From assembly GCA_944358165.1 (NCBI GenBank), contig CALVQS010000001.1:1-49196 (forward strand): a DNA stretch of 49,196 nucleotides, read 5' to 3'. The notes under the pieces are model-generated. The model worked only from the letters and a program-made list of their open reading frames with translations. It was not told the DNA's origin and did no database searches. Made by a program: the position numbers and the translations under genes. The DNA comes from an uncultured Bacilli bacterium. GTDB taxonomy: Bacteria; Bacillota_I; Bacilli_A; RF39; UBA660. Shown here one piece after another: positions 43,400 to 49,196 of the stretch; within the stretch, counting starts at the first letter, position 1; each line of letters begins with the position of its first letter.

Positions 43400-45419
43400 T
43401 TTTCTCCTCACTTTTCTTCTTTTGTTCCTTCATCTCATCCGTCGCTTCTAATATTGCATCTTCAATCGTTTTAACATTATCTAAAATCATCGAATAACCA
43501 AATTCAGCACCATACTCATATGGAAGTTTTTTAAATTCTTTATTTAATTTATGAATATAATTAGTTACTTGTTTTTGTGTATATCCAACCAAATAAATCA
43601 AGAATTCATTACCATCCGTACGCATAATATCACTATTATCAAGTTGAGTCTTAATAAGAATATTCGCCGCTGCCTTAATTTGTTTATCCCCTTCTTCATA
43701 TCCTAAAGTATCATTGATAAATTGAATATTATTAAGATCGATTACAATCATAGTTTGTGGATAAACGGTATTATTATTCCAATTATGAATATATTCATTT
43801 AAATAATTTCGATTTTTAAGACTCGTAAGTTGATCAATAAACTTCATTTTATTATCTTTCTTAATTCTTTTTGCAATTTTAATTCTCTTACTACTCTTAT
43901 AAAAGACAATAAAGATAATAGCAAATACAAATAAAGTAAGTAAAATATATTTGGCAATCGTACCTAAAACGCTACCGGTCTTAACGGTCATAGAATGACT
44001 ATACATTCCATCATAAATTACTTCATTATTATCAATTACCATTGCATATTTTGTAAACAACTGATAAAAGGCACTATCAGTACGAGATTTAAATTGATAA
44101 GTTTCATCAAGAGAATTACTATATCTTTCCGTATAATTAGATAAAGTACTACCAGAATATAAATCAAAAATATTTTTATCTAACACAATAATAACATTAT
44201 CCCGATTTAATTTCTTCAAATCTCCTTCATCTTCATAAGTTTCAATTTGAATACCATCAATACTATTCAAATAATTATATAAATAACTATTTTCTTCAAC
44301 ATAAACAGTCTCTCCAACCAAACTTTGAATACTATTGACTACTAAATGATTTTCATGATTAGCAACAACACTATAACGAACAACCAAATTAGAATCAATT
44401 TCATAATAATTATCATCTAAATTATAATAATTAAAATATAAATCAACATCTCCATCATCAATAGACTTACGGAATCGATTCAAATTACGATATTTTGTAT
44501 AATTAAATTCAATATCACTAAACTTACTAAAATCATACAAATACATGGCAATAATTCCCCCATAATTACCACTCATAATAACTTCATAAGGGCTATTATT
44601 AATAAATCCATAATTATAAGTAACCGATTGCATTGCATCAATTTCTGTTTCACTAATTCCTAAAGATGTCGTAAACAAATTAAACTCTGCTCTCTTTAAA
44701 TAAGAATCCAAATTATCTGTATACCAATTATTATAGTACTTTTCTATGATACTTGTTAAGGTATCATCATTACCACGAATCACATAATAAAGCTTAATAT
44801 CCGATAAATGATAATTAATATAATAATCACTTCCTAAAATATCATCCAAATAAATACTTAAAGGAACAATCATATACTCAATATCTTCATTTTCTTCAAA
44901 TGCTTCCAATAATTCTTCTCTAGTTTCATATTGACTTAAAGTAATATTGCGAGCATTTTTTAAATAACTAGTAATATAGGCTGCATCATCACTTATAACA
45001 CCAATATTCATACCAGCTAAATCAGAATATCCCGTAATAATTTCTCTTTCCGTACCAACTAAAACATAATGATCTTCATAAAATACGAAATCATCATCCC
45101 CCAAAGTCTTAGTAATACCTAAAGTAAGTCCACTTGGATTTTCTCCATAATTAAAAGTAACAGGATTAATTTGTAAATCATATTCTAATTCAAAATCATT
45201 TAAAAAATCATAAAAAACCCCAGTACCGGTATTTCCAAACAAATTAACATCATTTACAACATTAATATTTTGAACCGTACTAATATTATTATTAATCCAT
45301 CTTCTTTCACTAGAAGTAAGCTTATTTTCATCCGTTAAAATTCGATAAGCCACCAAACCTATAATAACGACTGCAAGTATTACAACAATAGTAATAATTA
45401 CACTTTTTTTATTTTTCAT
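43392..45419 (-). CDS. membrane protein with two periplasmic-binding-protein-like extracellular domains and a degenerate GGDEF domain
   Basis: N-terminal TM helix, about 450 aa extracytoplasmic, a second TM helix, then a GGDEF-fold domain (DQLTSLKNRNYL, IDLNNIQFINDTLGYEEGD) whose signature reads RTDGNEF instead of RxGG(D/E)EF. Confidence 0.78.
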   Translation of the reverse strand: MKNKKSVIITIVVILAVVIIGLVAYRILTDENKLTSSERRWINNNISTVQNINVVNDVNLFGNTGTGVFYDFLNDFELEYDLQINPVTFNYGENPSGLTLGITKTLGDDDFVFYEDHYVLVGTEREIITGYSDLAGMNIGVISDDAAYITSYLKNARNITLSQYETREELLEAFEENEDIEYMIVPLSIYLDDILGSDYYINYHLSDIKLYYVIRGNDDTLTSIIEKYYNNWYTDNLDSYLKRAEFNLFTTSLGISETEIDAMQSVTYNYGFINNSPYEVIMSGNYGGIIAMYLYDFSKFSDIEFNYTKYRNLNRFRKSIDDGDVDLYFNYYNLDDNYYEIDSNLVVRYSVVANHENHLVVNSIQSLVGETVYVEENSYLYNYLNSIDGIQIETYEDEGDLKKLNRDNVIIVLDKNIFDLYSGSTLSNYTERYSNSLDETYQFKSRTDSAFYQLFTKYAMVIDNNEVIYDGMYSHSMTVKTGSVLGTIAKYILLTLFVFAIIFIVFYKSSKRIKIAKRIKKDNKMKFIDQLTSLKNRNYLNEYIHNWNNNTVYPQTMIVIDLNNIQFINDTLGYEEGDKQIKAAANILIKTQLDNSDIMRTDGNEFLIYLVGYTQKQVTNYIHKLNKEFKKLPYEYGAEFGYSMILDNVKTIEDAILEATDEMKEQKKKSEEKNA

Positions 45420-45426
45420 AAACTAC

Positions 45427-45936
45427 CTACTCTTCTTCTGTAACTTCTTCTTCCGTTTCAAATTCCGTATTATTATTCCAAACAATACCACCAGTACCAG
45501 ACACATTCTTAGCTCCAATAATTTGGAATCCTTCTGTTTCTTCTGTTGCATCTGCCTTAATCATATATTCTAAATCATAAAAGCTTAATGTTTCTTCATT
45601 AAAATAATCTAAACTAGATAAAGCAATACTTTGACCTTCAACCAAAGTTGTTTCTGGTACAAAAGTAATAGTAATATAAATAATTTTACCACTAACCCGA
45701 ATCGTAGCATCTTCTACAATTTCATTTTCTTCAATTTTAGAAATAATTTCATTTTGAGTATCTTCTTCAAATGGATAATCCTCAATTCCATCTAAACGAT
45801 CTCCATATTTAGAACTTGAATCTCCTACGAAATAAGTAATAACAACCACAGATATTGCAATAATACATGCGATTAAAATAAAAAGTAATACAAATAAAAT
45901 ACTATTTTCTTGCCATATTTTTTTTAACTTTTTCAA
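45427..45936 (-). CDS. hypothetical membrane-anchored protein with an acidic tail
   Basis: TTG start after GAGGTGA, one TM helix, an extracytoplasmic domain, and a C-terminal EFETEEEVTEEE tail. Confidence 0.55.
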   Translation of the reverse strand: MKKLKKIWQENSILFVLLFILIACIIAISVVVITYFVGDSSSKYGDRLDGIEDYPFEEDTQNEIISKIEENEIVEDATIRVSGKIIYITITFVPETTLVEGQSIALSSLDYFNEETLSFYDLEYMIKADATEETEGFQIIGAKNVSGTGGIVWNNNTEFETEEEVTEEE

Positions 45937-46034
45937 ATTAATTTCACCTCATAGTAAGTCTATTATAACATTATTTAAAACATAAGACAATTTATAATTA
46001 TTTTACAATGATTGTAAATAAAAATCGTAAAGAT

Positions 46035-48933
<2,899 letters not shown>

Positions 48934-49099
48934 AAAACCTCCATCTATTTCTTTAATTATAACAGTTTTAAATAAGAAGAGCAACGAATTTTAAAGCTTT
49001 AAAAACTTTTTAAATCCGTTCGACACGGTTCGACAAGATTTCATCTTTCTTTGTGCTATGATAGATTTTAAATCTAAAAAGCAAAGGAGGTGAAACCAA

Positions 49100-49196
49100 A
49101 TGAAAACAGATGTGTTTTACTCTCTTACCGATGATATTTGTTTTAAATATATCTTTGGTAAAGAAGACATATTAAAAGATTTCCTAAATTCCTTCT
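49100..49196 (+). CDS. Rpn-family PD-(D/E)XK nuclease / putative transposase, 5' partial (runs off the window)
   Basis: AAAGGAGGTG RBS. MKTDVFYSLTDDICFKYIFGKEDILKDFLNSF matches the usual Rpn N-terminal pattern. Confidence 0.65.
   Translation, partial: MKTDVFYSLTDDICFKYIFGKEDILKDFLNSF

Noticed and set aside
49025-49044. Tandem 10-mer C(C/G)GTTCGACA x2 upstream of the Rpn-family gene, and a third GTTCGACA at 120-127.
   Set aside because: It is too short to separate from chance. The spacing to the nearest -10-like box (TATGAT) is 21 nt, so it is not a convincing -35. It would be worth a look only if it recurs upstream of other Rpn genes.

Overview
Very AT-rich, Firmicutes-type chromosomal segment. 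By gene content it looks like a spore-forming Erysipelotrichia or Clostridia-like organism, but this is a guess. The standard genetic code applies: UGA is used as a stop, for example at the end of the GGDEF gene at 43392. There are about 55 protein genes, roughly 80% on the minus strand, plus one tRNA-Gly(GCC). I found no rRNA and no CRISPR array. Housekeeping and core content: rmuC, feoAB with a divergent DtxR/MntR-type regulator, obg, cdaA-cdaR, an LtaS-family operon, a CBS-domain family II pyrophosphatase, ligA, an OmpR/HisKA two-component system and cotJ spore-coat genes. Accessory content: a complete Gram-positive Tad/Flp pilus locus (flp-tadE-tadE/G-tadZ-cpaF-tadB-tadC); a dinJ-yafQ toxin-antitoxin pair; one IS with a DDE transposase; a 179-bp MITE with perfect 15-bp terminal inverted repeats and an 8-bp target duplication; a decayed serine-recombinase fragment next to the tRNA, followed by island-like cargo (DUF1016 nuclease, a truncated ORF, a small membrane protein); and two stand-alone AAA_14/DUF4143 ATPase genes. 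The most unusual, unexplained signals are three. (1) A self-contained cassette at 13.1-14.0 kb: a perfect consensus promoter, then a GC-enriched structured leader with competing terminator and antiterminator helices that I cannot assign to a known RNA class, then an orphan 194-aa protein. (2) Two diverged ~202-bp tandem units upstream of the pyrophosphatase gene, each with its own promoter-like element and terminator, which look like small RNAs or leaders. (3) A 33-bp tandem repeat that supplies the -35 box of the second AAA ATPase gene. All protein calls come from motif recognition in the supplied translations. No database search was run.
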